This document shows positions 43,360 through 51,811 of a stretch of DNA of 64,000 nucleotides, in pieces. Every line of letters begins with the position of its first letter. Within the stretch, counting starts at the first letter, position 1. Both the position numbers and the translations under genes were made by a program. The DNA is from an uncultured Eubacteriales bacterium (GTDB lineage Bacteria > Acidobacteriota > Aminicenantia > Aminicenantales > Aminicenantaceae). The stretch is taken from positions 1,002 to 65,001 of the forward strand of contig CAYZDV010000001.1 in assembly GCA_964477275.1 (NCBI GenBank). Reading direction: 5' to 3'. A model generated the notes under the pieces. The model was not told the origin of the DNA, searched no databases, and saw only the letters and a program-made list of their open reading frames with translations.

Positions 43360-44685
43360 ATGGGCACAAGTCGAAGGGAATTCCTCAAGAGCATCGGCCT
43401 CGGCGTGGGGAGTCTCAGTCTTATCGGACTTTCTGGCCAGGAAGCTCAGGCCAACATCGAGCAGAAGATTAAATCGCTCAAGAATCTCTCTGCTGCCGAG
43501 GTTGCCCGGGACGAGGATTTCTGGTTCCACGTCCAGCAAGCGTTCAACATCGACCGCAGCATCATCAACCTCAACAACGGCGGCGTCCATCCTGCTCCCC
43601 AGATCGTCATGGATGCTGTCCACCGCTACATGGATTTTGCCAACGGAGCACCGGTCTACAATTCCTGGAATGTGCTGCGGCCCAGAAAAGAGTTGATCAG
43701 AAAGAAGCTGGCCGATACCTTTGGCTGCTCTCCTGAAGAGATTGCCATCACCCGGAATGTGACCGAATCCATGCACATTCCCCTTATGGGCATAGACCTT
43801 GAGCCGGGCGATGAACTTCTGACCACCACCCACGATTATCCCTCGATGAAAAACGCCCTTCTTCAGAGAGAGATGAGAGAAGGGCTCAAAGTCAGGATGT
43901 TTCCTTTTCGGTATCCGCCGAAGAGCATTGAGGAGCTGGCCGATGCCTTTCAAAAGAATATCACTCCCAGGACAAAAATAATCGAAGTCTGCCATATCAC
44001 CAACCTGACAGGCCAGATCTTTCCCATCAAGGACATCTGCCAGATGGCCCGGGACCGCGGCATCGAGGTGGCGGTCGACGGGGCTCATGCCTTCGGCCAT
44101 TTCGACTTCAAACAGAAGGACCTGGACTGCGACATCTACGGAGCCAACCTTCACAAGTGGATGATGGCACCCATCGGAACCGGGTTTCTGTACGTGAAGA
44201 AGGAAAAAATCAAAAAAATATGGCCTCTTTTCCCAGCCCCTGACCCTCTGAGCGACGATATCAGGAAGTTCGAGCACATCGGGACTCATCCGGACTGGCT
44301 GGAGCTGGCGGTGGGCGACGCTCTGGAGTTTCATCATGGAGTCGGCGCCAAACGGAAGGAAGAAAGGCTCCGCTTTCTGAGGAATTACTGGGCTAGAGAA
44401 TTAGAGAAGCTCCCTGGAGTGAGGATGTTAACTTCTTATGATCCTGAACAGTCCTGCGGCATCGGAACGTTCACCGTGCAGGATATGGATATGGATAAGC
44501 TGAGTCAGGTTCTGTTTAACAAACACAAGATTTATACCATTACGGTCGGGGTTCCTGCGCCTGAGCTGGACGCTCCGGACTCAACGGCCATGCGGGTCAC
44601 TCCCAGCATTTACACCACGCTCCGGGACCTGAATATGTTCATTGAGGCGGTCTCCCATTATGTGAAGAACGGGTTGCCCGGCTGA
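43360..44685 (+). CDS. TAT-exported class V aminotransferase-fold PLP enzyme
   Basis: SRREFLKSIGLGVGS...AQA TAT signal. HKWMMAPIGTGFLYV (PLP Lys). Confidence 0.7.
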   Translation: MGTSRREFLKSIGLGVGSLSLIGLSGQEAQANIEQKIKSLKNLSAAEVARDEDFWFHVQQAFNIDRSIINLNNGGVHPAPQIVMDAVHRYMDFANGAPVYNSWNVLRPRKELIRKKLADTFGCSPEEIAITRNVTESMHIPLMGIDLEPGDELLTTTHDYPSMKNALLQREMREGLKVRMFPFRYPPKSIEELADAFQKNITPRTKIIEVCHITNLTGQIFPIKDICQMARDRGIEVAVDGAHAFGHFDFKQKDLDCDIYGANLHKWMMAPIGTGFLYVKKEKIKKIWPLFPAPDPLSDDIRKFEHIGTHPDWLELAVGDALEFHHGVGAKRKEERLRFLRNYWARELEKLPGVRMLTSYDPEQSCGIGTFTVQDMDMDKLSQVLFNKHKIYTITVGVPAPELDAPDSTAMRVTPSIYTTLRDLNMFIEAVSHYVKNGLPG

Positions 44686-44724
44686 GCTCAGGGCGAAACA
44701 AAAGTTTGATGAGGAGGCCGGTGA

Positions 44725-45957
44725 ATGTCAGAAATCAGCTTTGATTTAGAAAAAGACCTGGAATCCATCCGCAAGGAATTCCCCATTCTGGCCCGCTGTG
44801 TGTACCTCATCAGCAATTCACTGGGAGCAGTCCCCCGGAAAGCCGGGCAAGACCTTCATCGCTTCTATCGGATGTGGGCTGAGGAGGGGGTGAGCGCCTG
44901 GGAGAAAGAATGGTGGGACAAACCCCGGCGGGTGGGAAACCAGGTGGCTTCTCTCCTTGGTGCTGGCGAGGATGAGGTGAGCATGATGCCCAGCGCCACC
45001 CTCTGTCACTGGGTCGCGCTTTCCACCCTGTTCCTCCATCAGAACACCAGAAGAAACAAGGTTGTCGTCACTGACCATGATTTCCCGTCGATCCTCTATG
45101 CAGTCTCGAAGATTGCCGGGTTCATGAACTGGAGGGTGGAAGTTTTATCGAGCGGCGGACGGCCGGGGATAGATGGAGAGGCCTTACTGGAGAAGGTGGA
45201 CGAGGAGACGCTTTTCGTGGCCACCTCTCATGTCTATTTCAAATCCGGATACGTCCAGGATATCGGCCGAATTGCTTCCCGGGCCCGGGAGACCGGTGCA
45301 CTGACTCTAATCGATGGCTACCATGCCGCCGGCGTCATCCCTGTTGACGTCAAGGCGCTCGATGTGGATTTTTACGTGGGGGGATGCCTGAAGTGGCTCT
45401 GCGGAGGCCCAGGAAACGCCTTTCTCTACGTCAGGCCCGGGCTCGCTGAGCAGCTCCAGCCCCAGCTCACAGGATGGTTTGCCCACCAGGAGCCATTTTC
45501 TTTCAGCAAGGAAATGGTCTACAGCAGAAATTCTTACCGCTTCATGTCGGGAACGCCTCCCATCCCTTCTCTCTACGCTGCGCAGGCCGGCCTGGAGTTT
45601 ATCGGAAAAATAGGAATTCAGCAGATCAGGGAAAAATCATTGAGCCTGACCGGCCTGGTCATCGAAAACGCCAGAGCGAATGGATTTTCTCTTTTCACTC
45701 CAGAGAACCAGAGAGAGAGAGGAGGTGCGGTTTCCATCAGCATTCCCCATGCCTATTCGCTCAAACAGGCGCTGCAGAAAAGAGGGGTGAAAGTCGATTT
45801 CCGCAAAGGCGACAGCAGAGAGCCTGATGTCATAAGAGTGGGACCCCATTTTTACACAACGAGCGAGGAAATCACCATCCTCTTCGAAACAATCAATGCC
45901 ATTTATGAATCCGGAGAATACAGGAAGTTCCCCGAGAAGATCGATCGCGTGACCTGA
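44725..45957 (+). CDS. Kynureninase-like / class V PLP-dependent enzyme
   Basis: GCLKWLCGGPGNAFLYV (PLP Lys) and GWFAHQEPF segments resemble the kynureninase family. Confidence 0.65.
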   Translation: MSEISFDLEKDLESIRKEFPILARCVYLISNSLGAVPRKAGQDLHRFYRMWAEEGVSAWEKEWWDKPRRVGNQVASLLGAGEDEVSMMPSATLCHWVALSTLFLHQNTRRNKVVVTDHDFPSILYAVSKIAGFMNWRVEVLSSGGRPGIDGEALLEKVDEETLFVATSHVYFKSGYVQDIGRIASRARETGALTLIDGYHAAGVIPVDVKALDVDFYVGGCLKWLCGGPGNAFLYVRPGLAEQLQPQLTGWFAHQEPFSFSKEMVYSRNSYRFMSGTPPIPSLYAAQAGLEFIGKIGIQQIREKSLSLTGLVIENARANGFSLFTPENQRERGGAVSISIPHAYSLKQALQKRGVKVDFRKGDSREPDVIRVGPHFYTTSEEITILFETINAIYESGEYRKFPEKIDRVT

Positions 45958-46115
45958 CCATCGAAACCTCATTGCGCCAATTTGCAGGCGTGCGAATCAT
46001 CCCCAGCTTCATGAAACAGCACCAATCCTCATCTCTTGACGGAAATTCGGGGAAGAGCTCTGGTTGCAGGAAAATGGAGTTTCATGTATAGTATAAAAGG
46101 AGAAGGGGCCGTCGG

Positions 46116-47150
46116 ATGAGAAAGATATCGCGGAGAGATTTCCTGAGCGATTCCCTGGTGTTGATGAGTTCCACTCTATTCCTCCCCGCCGATTCTCTGT
46201 CCCGAGGAACGTTCCTTTTCCAGGAGAGCCAGGAATCCCTGAAAGATTATCCCTCTTACCTCGGACTTGAGGAAAAAGGGGAGCTGTCGCGTCGCGTGGA
46301 GAAGCTGTATGAGATGTATGAAGACTGCACGCTCTGCCCCAGGGATTGTCGGGTCAACCGGACTAAAGGTCAGGTCGGAAAGTGTCAGGGGACAAACCGG
46401 GTGAAAGTCTCCAGCGCCAATCCGCATTTTGGTGAGGAGCCGCCGCTGGTTGGCCAGAAAGGCTCGGGCACGATTTTCTTTTCCAACTGTGGTCTGAGGT
46501 GCGTCTACTGTCAGAATTATCAGATCAGCCTGGAGGGGCAGGGAGTTGAAATTTCAGACCAGCGTCTGGCTGAGGCAATGATCAACCTCCAGAAGATGGG
46601 CTGCCACAACATCAACCTCGTCACCCCCACCCATTATCTCCCCAGCATCGTCAGCGCCGTCCAGAAGGCCGTTCCCATGGGACTCCGCATTCCGCTGGTC
46701 TACAACACTGGTGGCTATGAGAAACCGGAGGTCCTCCAGCTTATGGACGGTATCGTGGATTTCTACCTTCCGGATTGCAAATACATGGACCCTGCGCACG
46801 CAGCCCGATATTCCTCCGAAGCCTACAGTTATCCTCATTATATCCGGCTTTCACTCAAAGAGATGCACCGGCAGGTGGGAGACCTGAGGGTGGACAGGAA
46901 AGGAGTCGCCATCAGGGGTTTGATCATTCGCCATCTGGTCCTTCCCAACAGAATTTCCGGAACAGAGAAATTCTGTCAGTTCGTTGCCGAAAATCTGTCC
47001 AAGACCACATGTCTCAACATCATGAGGCAGTACAGACCGGAGTACAAGGCGTTCGATTATCCTGAGATTGCCCGCCGCATCACCAGGAGCGAGTACGCTG
47101 AGGCCATCGCCTGGGCAAAAAAATATGGCCTTACGTCTTTCGTCACTTAG
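46116..47150 (+). CDS. Radical SAM enzyme (PflA-like / AmmeMemoRadiSam-like)
   Basis: GTIFFSNCGLRCVYCQNYQIS is the CxxxCxxC cluster motif. N-terminal RRDFLS motif is odd for a radical SAM enzyme (see findings). Confidence 0.7.
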   Translation: MRKISRRDFLSDSLVLMSSTLFLPADSLSRGTFLFQESQESLKDYPSYLGLEEKGELSRRVEKLYEMYEDCTLCPRDCRVNRTKGQVGKCQGTNRVKVSSANPHFGEEPPLVGQKGSGTIFFSNCGLRCVYCQNYQISLEGQGVEISDQRLAEAMINLQKMGCHNINLVTPTHYLPSIVSAVQKAVPMGLRIPLVYNTGGYEKPEVLQLMDGIVDFYLPDCKYMDPAHAARYSSEAYSYPHYIRLSLKEMHRQVGDLRVDRKGVAIRGLIIRHLVLPNRISGTEKFCQFVAENLSKTTCLNIMRQYRPEYKAFDYPEIARRITRSEYAEAIAWAKKYGLTSFVT

Positions 47151-47175
47151 AAAAAAATATCCGCAGCCGAGGGGT

Positions 47176-47225
47176 CGGCACGATTCGATCAAGGTCACGC
47201 TGACTTTGCCCCGGCGAGGCAAAGC
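47176..47225 (+). repeat. Repeat family C, copy 2 (hairpin CTTTGCC-CCGGCGA-GGCAAAG)
   Basis: See 16065-16110. Perfect 7-bp stem here. Confidence 0.45.
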
Positions 47226-47408
47226 CGCTCGGTTCAATCTTGCGGGGGTCAGACTGTGTTTCTCCGGCGAGTCTCCAGATGCCGCTTTCCAGAACGCAGT
47301 TCGATCCTGAGGGTGGAGCGCAAAGAGAAGTCGATAAGACTGTTGATTTGATTCCGGTTTTCGCTTAAATTACTCAGTAGAAATGGTTCGATATCAGGGA
47401 GTGTTCAG

Positions 47409-49766
47409 GTGAGGTTCAATCGGCACTGGCTCTGTTTGCTTCTTCTGCTCGGCCTCTCTCTTTACAGTCTTCATGGTGAAATTTTTTATCCCTGGAAAGA
47501 CGTGTACATCGGAGCTCTGGACGCCCGAGCCTGGAACGGGGTCGTTTTTGCCCTCCAGGGAGAGAGCGTGTTTGCCTTCCGCGTCAAGGTGGAAAAAGAG
47601 GGAGAAATCGCCGACGGAGAGGACATCGTCTATCTTGTTTCTGAGGTGGGTCCCCACTCTCCTGATGGAACATACGCAAGGCTTAATCTGGATTTGAGCC
47701 TTCCCTTCAAAATGGCCGAGAATACCCCGCTTCTCATCAAGCCTCCATCAAGGTCGGATACGCTGACTCTGGAGTGGGCCCGCCTGGACGAGAGGACACT
47801 CATCGGGCGAATCAGAGCGCCTGAGGGCATCCGGGTTCACCTCGTTCATTATTTTCCCTGGGATACGAACGGAATCTACGCTGTCATGGATGACGGTCAG
47901 GTTAAAGGAGAAAGCTTTGACTCCCGCTTTCATCGCTATCTGCTCTGGACAGATCCCAGAGGAAGCAGCGTCAGTCAGGGAGAAAAGGAGCTGGAACTTT
48001 CCTTTACCGTGGGCAAAGACAGGAGCCTCTATTTTGTGGCCGGAGTCGCGGATGATGAGAAGACGGTGAGCAGCCAGATTAACCGCTACAAAAACAGAAA
48101 GTTGATCGATTCTCTGCTGAGAGAGGAAGAAAGCCGCTACCAAAAAAAGAGAGTGAGTGTGGAGGGACTGTACCAGGGTGTGGCCGAAGCCGTCACCAAT
48201 AATCTTTTCTGGATGACGCTCTATCAGCCCGGCCACAGCCGCATCTATCTGCCTGCAGCCCGAAGCCGGATCTTATCCACGCCTGAAGGAAGGCCCGGCC
48301 ACTGGACGATATTCGGATGGAATTCTTTTTTCAACGCTCTGTCTGCTTCTGTGGAGAGTTCAAAACATGCCGAAGAGATGATCAGAGCTGTCCTGGAAAC
48401 CCAGTATCCAAACGGGAACATCCCTCACTGGCGGGGCCGCTTCGGCGGAACTCCGGACCATTCGCAGCCTCCCATCGGCTCATATGTGGTTCTCAAAATT
48501 TTCCAGAAGTTCGGAAACCTGGAGCTGTTGAGGTATGCCTATCCGTACCTTGTCAAGTGGCATGCCTACTGGAAGGCCGAGAGCTCCAGCGGTCAAGCCC
48601 GCCGGGATGGGAACGGGGATGGTCTTCTCGAATGGGGAACAGATCCCGAGTATCTCACCAAGACGGTCCCGCCCTGGGAAGAAAATGTCGAGGGAAGAAG
48701 ACGAGCCCTCTGGGAGTCGGGGGAGGATGGGCTGCCGAACTGGGATGAGGCGGCCTTTAACCAGGAGACCGGAACTTTGACCATGAACTGTTTGAGCCTG
48801 AACAGCCTCTATGCCCTTGATGCCTGGTGTTTGGCTCAGATTGCCGATGTTCTTGACCGCAGAGCGGACTACGAAATTTACCTCGCCGAATACCAACAAA
48901 TGAAGGAGTTGATTAACAGGCATCTATGGGATGAAAAAGAAGGTTTCTACTTTGACCGGCACTGGGATGGGAGATTTTCCTCCAGAAAGGCGGCTTCGAA
49001 CTTTTATCCGCTGCTGGCCGGGATTCCGGACAAAACCATGGCTTTGCGGATGATCAGACGCCTTCTCAACCCGGAGGAGTTCTGGGGAGACTTCGTCGTT
49101 CCCACCATTTCGCGGGACGACCCGGCCTTCAACAGCCAGAAACAGTGGAGAGGGACGATTATGCCTCCTGTCAATTACCTGGTCTTTCAGGGATTGAAGG
49201 CCTACCGCTTCGATGCCGTGGCCGGCGAGCTGGCCAGGCGGAGCTCTGAACTCTTTCTGCGCACCTTCGAAAACTATCAGATCTGCCCTGAAAATTTCGA
49301 CTCCCTGACCGGGGAGGCGGGCGGGCTGAGATATCAGAGCTGGGGCCCTCTTTTCGCCCTGATCGCCCTTGAAGAATATCTGGATTTCACTCCCTGGGAG
49401 GGATTCAGGTTCGGGATGATCAATCCCGAAAAAAAGGGCAAGCTTTCCATGTTATTCATCCAGGGCCGCCATTACGAGGTGGAAATTTCCTCTTCCCGAA
49501 TCAGGCTGAAGGAGGAAGGGAAAGAGATCCTCAGAACCAACGGAAGCGCTGTGTTCCGCCGTTTCCTCTATTCAGAAAACGAAATCTCCTTTGAAGTGAA
49601 ATGTTTTGAGAAAAGAGATATCGGAATTCAGTTCCTGGTCGAGGGAAAATACCAGATTCTGGTCGACGGCGTGGTCCGCGCCGTGGTCAAAGGTAAGTCC
49701 TGCAAAATCAGAGTTCCGGAGGACGAGCATTCAGTCATGATCCAGCTGCTGGAAAGATTGGAATAA
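47409..49766 (+). CDS. (alpha/alpha)6-barrel glycoside hydrolase (GH63 / trehalase / glycogen-debranching-like), secreted
   Basis: Signal peptide. C-terminal half has the Trp-rich GH63/MGH1-like pattern (TIFGWNSFFNA...YPNGNIPHW...). GTG start. Confidence 0.55.
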   Translation: MRFNRHWLCLLLLLGLSLYSLHGEIFYPWKDVYIGALDARAWNGVVFALQGESVFAFRVKVEKEGEIADGEDIVYLVSEVGPHSPDGTYARLNLDLSLPFKMAENTPLLIKPPSRSDTLTLEWARLDERTLIGRIRAPEGIRVHLVHYFPWDTNGIYAVMDDGQVKGESFDSRFHRYLLWTDPRGSSVSQGEKELELSFTVGKDRSLYFVAGVADDEKTVSSQINRYKNRKLIDSLLREEESRYQKKRVSVEGLYQGVAEAVTNNLFWMTLYQPGHSRIYLPAARSRILSTPEGRPGHWTIFGWNSFFNALSASVESSKHAEEMIRAVLETQYPNGNIPHWRGRFGGTPDHSQPPIGSYVVLKIFQKFGNLELLRYAYPYLVKWHAYWKAESSSGQARRDGNGDGLLEWGTDPEYLTKTVPPWEENVEGRRRALWESGEDGLPNWDEAAFNQETGTLTMNCLSLNSLYALDAWCLAQIADVLDRRADYEIYLAEYQQMKELINRHLWDEKEGFYFDRHWDGRFSSRKAASNFYPLLAGIPDKTMALRMIRRLLNPEEFWGDFVVPTISRDDPAFNSQKQWRGTIMPPVNYLVFQGLKAYRFDAVAGELARRSSELFLRTFENYQICPENFDSLTGEAGGLRYQSWGPLFALIALEEYLDFTPWEGFRFGMINPEKKGKLSMLFIQGRHYEVEISSSRIRLKEEGKEILRTNGSAVFRRFLYSENEISFEVKCFEKRDIGIQFLVEGKYQILVDGVVRAVVKGKSCKIRVPEDEHSVMIQLLERLE

Positions 49767-49779
49767 CAGCCTGGCCTCA

Positions 49780-50589
49780 TCAACCCTTCCACTCTTTTCT
49801 CTCCTGATAAGCTTTTTTCAGCGTGTCTCCCCTGATCCCCTGACGCAGTGCCTCCAGGGCCAGGACTTCCTCGGGAGGGATGTTGCCCAGGTTGACATTG
49901 AGCCCCTGGCGGAGAATCAGGAACTGCTGCTGGCTTTTCAGGGGCGCTTCCCATATCAACGAGTCGGGGTCTTCAATCCCGGCCAGGATGTGGTCGATTT
50001 CCTCTTCCTTGATATTCCCCTCGGAATCATAAATCCCCACCCCTTTCCCCGCCTCGCGGGCCTCCATGATGACCTTGAACGCTCCGTTTTCCAGGTCTTC
50101 ACGGACGAGATTATGGATCAGAGAGATGGGGACCACCTCTCTGGGGTCCTTTTTTCCCACCTCGCTGATGACCTTGAAGCCCATCCCCACAGAACGTTTG
50201 ATGGCGGCAGCTCTTGTCTTTCTGTCCATCTCGATCGTTCCGTCCGAGACCTCAACCGCTGAAAAGCCCAGCTCTCTGGCTTTGTCCAGGTATTTCTCGA
50301 GGACTCCCTGCCACACCGCCACTTCCAGGAAGGTTCCGCCGGGCATGACATCGACATGGGCCCGGCTGAGCATTTCGGTTTTTTTCTTCAAAAGTTCTTT
50401 CTCGTAGAAAGCCGAGGTGCCGAAGGTGAGCTTGATGACATCGATGTACTCGCCGCAAACCTTGATCAGGTCACCCACGTGGACCGGACCTATTCCCTTA
50501 TCGATAACCATGGTCAGTCCTGCTTTTCTGGGCTTGGCCGTCCGCCCTCCTGATGGCATCTTGATGATTTCTTCCCAGGCTTTGCTCAT
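49780..50589 (-). CDS. comA: (2R)-phospho-3-sulfolactate synthase (ComA family)
   Basis: KPRKAGLTMVIDKG...DVIKLTFGTSAF...GFSAVEVSDGTIEM matches the ComA/PF02679 TIM-barrel family over its full length. Confidence 0.7.
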   Translation of the reverse strand: MSKAWEEIIKMPSGGRTAKPRKAGLTMVIDKGIGPVHVGDLIKVCGEYIDVIKLTFGTSAFYEKELLKKKTEMLSRAHVDVMPGGTFLEVAVWQGVLEKYLDKARELGFSAVEVSDGTIEMDRKTRAAAIKRSVGMGFKVISEVGKKDPREVVPISLIHNLVREDLENGAFKVIMEAREAGKGVGIYDSEGNIKEEEIDHILAGIEDPDSLIWEAPLKSQQQFLILRQGLNVNLGNIPPEEVLALEALRQGIRGDTLKKAYQERKEWKG

Positions 50590-50604
50590 TTTATTCTCCT
50601 TTTT

Positions 50605-51660
50605 TCATTCCAGGATGTCTCCCCAGCATTCCATGGGATTGGAGAGGACAGAGGCCGTGAGCTTTACCGTCCCATGCTCGAGGAGCGCGTTGACCTGATT
50701 GAGCCGCCGGCCGGCCATCTCTTTCTCGTCAAGTCCCGGGATAGGAATCCGGTCATAGAGAACCACGGTCTCCGCAATTTTCTGGGAGATGTTATCAAAC
50801 AGGGCTCTGGCCGCTTTCCTCCGGTCATGGATGGGATTGATGAGGAAGCCCTGGCGGCCTTCCTCGATCCGGGGGAAGAGAATGGTTACGGCTTCAGGAT
50901 CAGAAATCTCCTCAAAACTGGTTCTGTGGGATGAGAAGTCGAGAGCCGCTTTCTTCTGCCATTCATCGGTTCCTTCCTGAGTTTCCATCAGGGATAAATA
51001 CTGGGGGAAGTGGTGGGTCAGAGTGCCCAGCCTCACGTTATCCACCAGGGATCCCATGAACCAGGTAATGGCGCCGTTTTCCTTCCTGAAGTGAACGGTT
51101 TCCGTTGAAAAAAGCTGGAGTCCCCTGGCCAGTCCGCTGAGGAGATAGACCGTTTTCCCGCTGCCGGCCCCGCCGGTCACCACGTACATGTGATTTCTCT
51201 TTTCATGGTAAAGAGCACACGCATGAAGATTATAAATGGAGTGCTTCTTCTCCAGCAGATAAAGAGTATACCGGTAAAGGAATCCCTGGTTTCCCCAGAG
51301 ACTGAACCTCAAATCAGATGCCTCTTCCGACAACCGGAGGAAAGGGCCACTGAAGCGGGCTTTTTCTCCAGAAAAGGCAAAGCAAGGCTCTTCTCGTGTC
51401 TCCTCCACTGAAATGTAGCCATCGAGGTCAGTGGAGTAGAGAATCCTTTCCACGTCCTTGAAATCGGTAAGGAGCGACTTCACTTCAACGGAGGGAGGAA
51501 GGACAGGAAGGAGGTTTTCATTGTTGGATTCCAGGCCGATTCTCGCCTTGAGGATTTCAACGGCTGTCTTGAACACGCACAACTCCTCACCTCTCTTCAG
51601 GGCATATATGATACATGATACGAATCCGCTCCTCAACCATTCATGGGAACTTGAAAGCAT
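50605..51660 (-). CDS. HPr kinase/phosphorylase C-terminal-domain-like P-loop protein (hypothetical kinase)
   Basis: HMYVVTGGAGSGKTVYLLSGLARGLQLFSTETVHF has the P-loop, followed by the HprK-like helix pattern. Start chosen at the internal ATG downstream of the family-B repeat. Confidence 0.45.
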   Translation of the reverse strand: MLSSSHEWLRSGFVSCIIYALKRGEELCVFKTAVEILKARIGLESNNENLLPVLPPSVEVKSLLTDFKDVERILYSTDLDGYISVEETREEPCFAFSGEKARFSGPFLRLSEEASDLRFSLWGNQGFLYRYTLYLLEKKHSIYNLHACALYHEKRNHMYVVTGGAGSGKTVYLLSGLARGLQLFSTETVHFRKENGAITWFMGSLVDNVRLGTLTHHFPQYLSLMETQEGTDEWQKKAALDFSSHRTSFEEISDPEAVTILFPRIEEGRQGFLINPIHDRRKAARALFDNISQKIAETVVLYDRIPIPGLDEKEMAGRRLNQVNALLEHGTVKLTASVLSNPMECWGDILE

Positions 51661-51691
51661 CTTTTCTCGTGATGGTTTTTTTAAGGTGAGA

Positions 51692-51730
51692 ATGGGTCCT
51701 GTCGCGGGGTGTCCCCATGCCACCCATCCG
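51692..51730 (+). repeat. GC-rich repeat family B, copy 3 (short form)
   Basis: AATGGGTCCTGTCGCGGGGTGTCCCCATGCCACCCATCC. This is identical to the copy-2 ends but lacks its central 70 bp. Confidence 0.55.
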
Positions 51731-51811
51731 TCTTTCATAGAAAAGGTCATCACGAGGAAGGGTAATTCGTGCAACTGGAAAAAGAGGAAAGAAATCTTTA
51801 TTCGCTGAGGG

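Noticed and set aside
43222-44337. 371-aa minus-strand ORF
   Set aside because: Antisense to the TAT-signal PLP enzyme gene, which has PLP-lysine and signal motifs.
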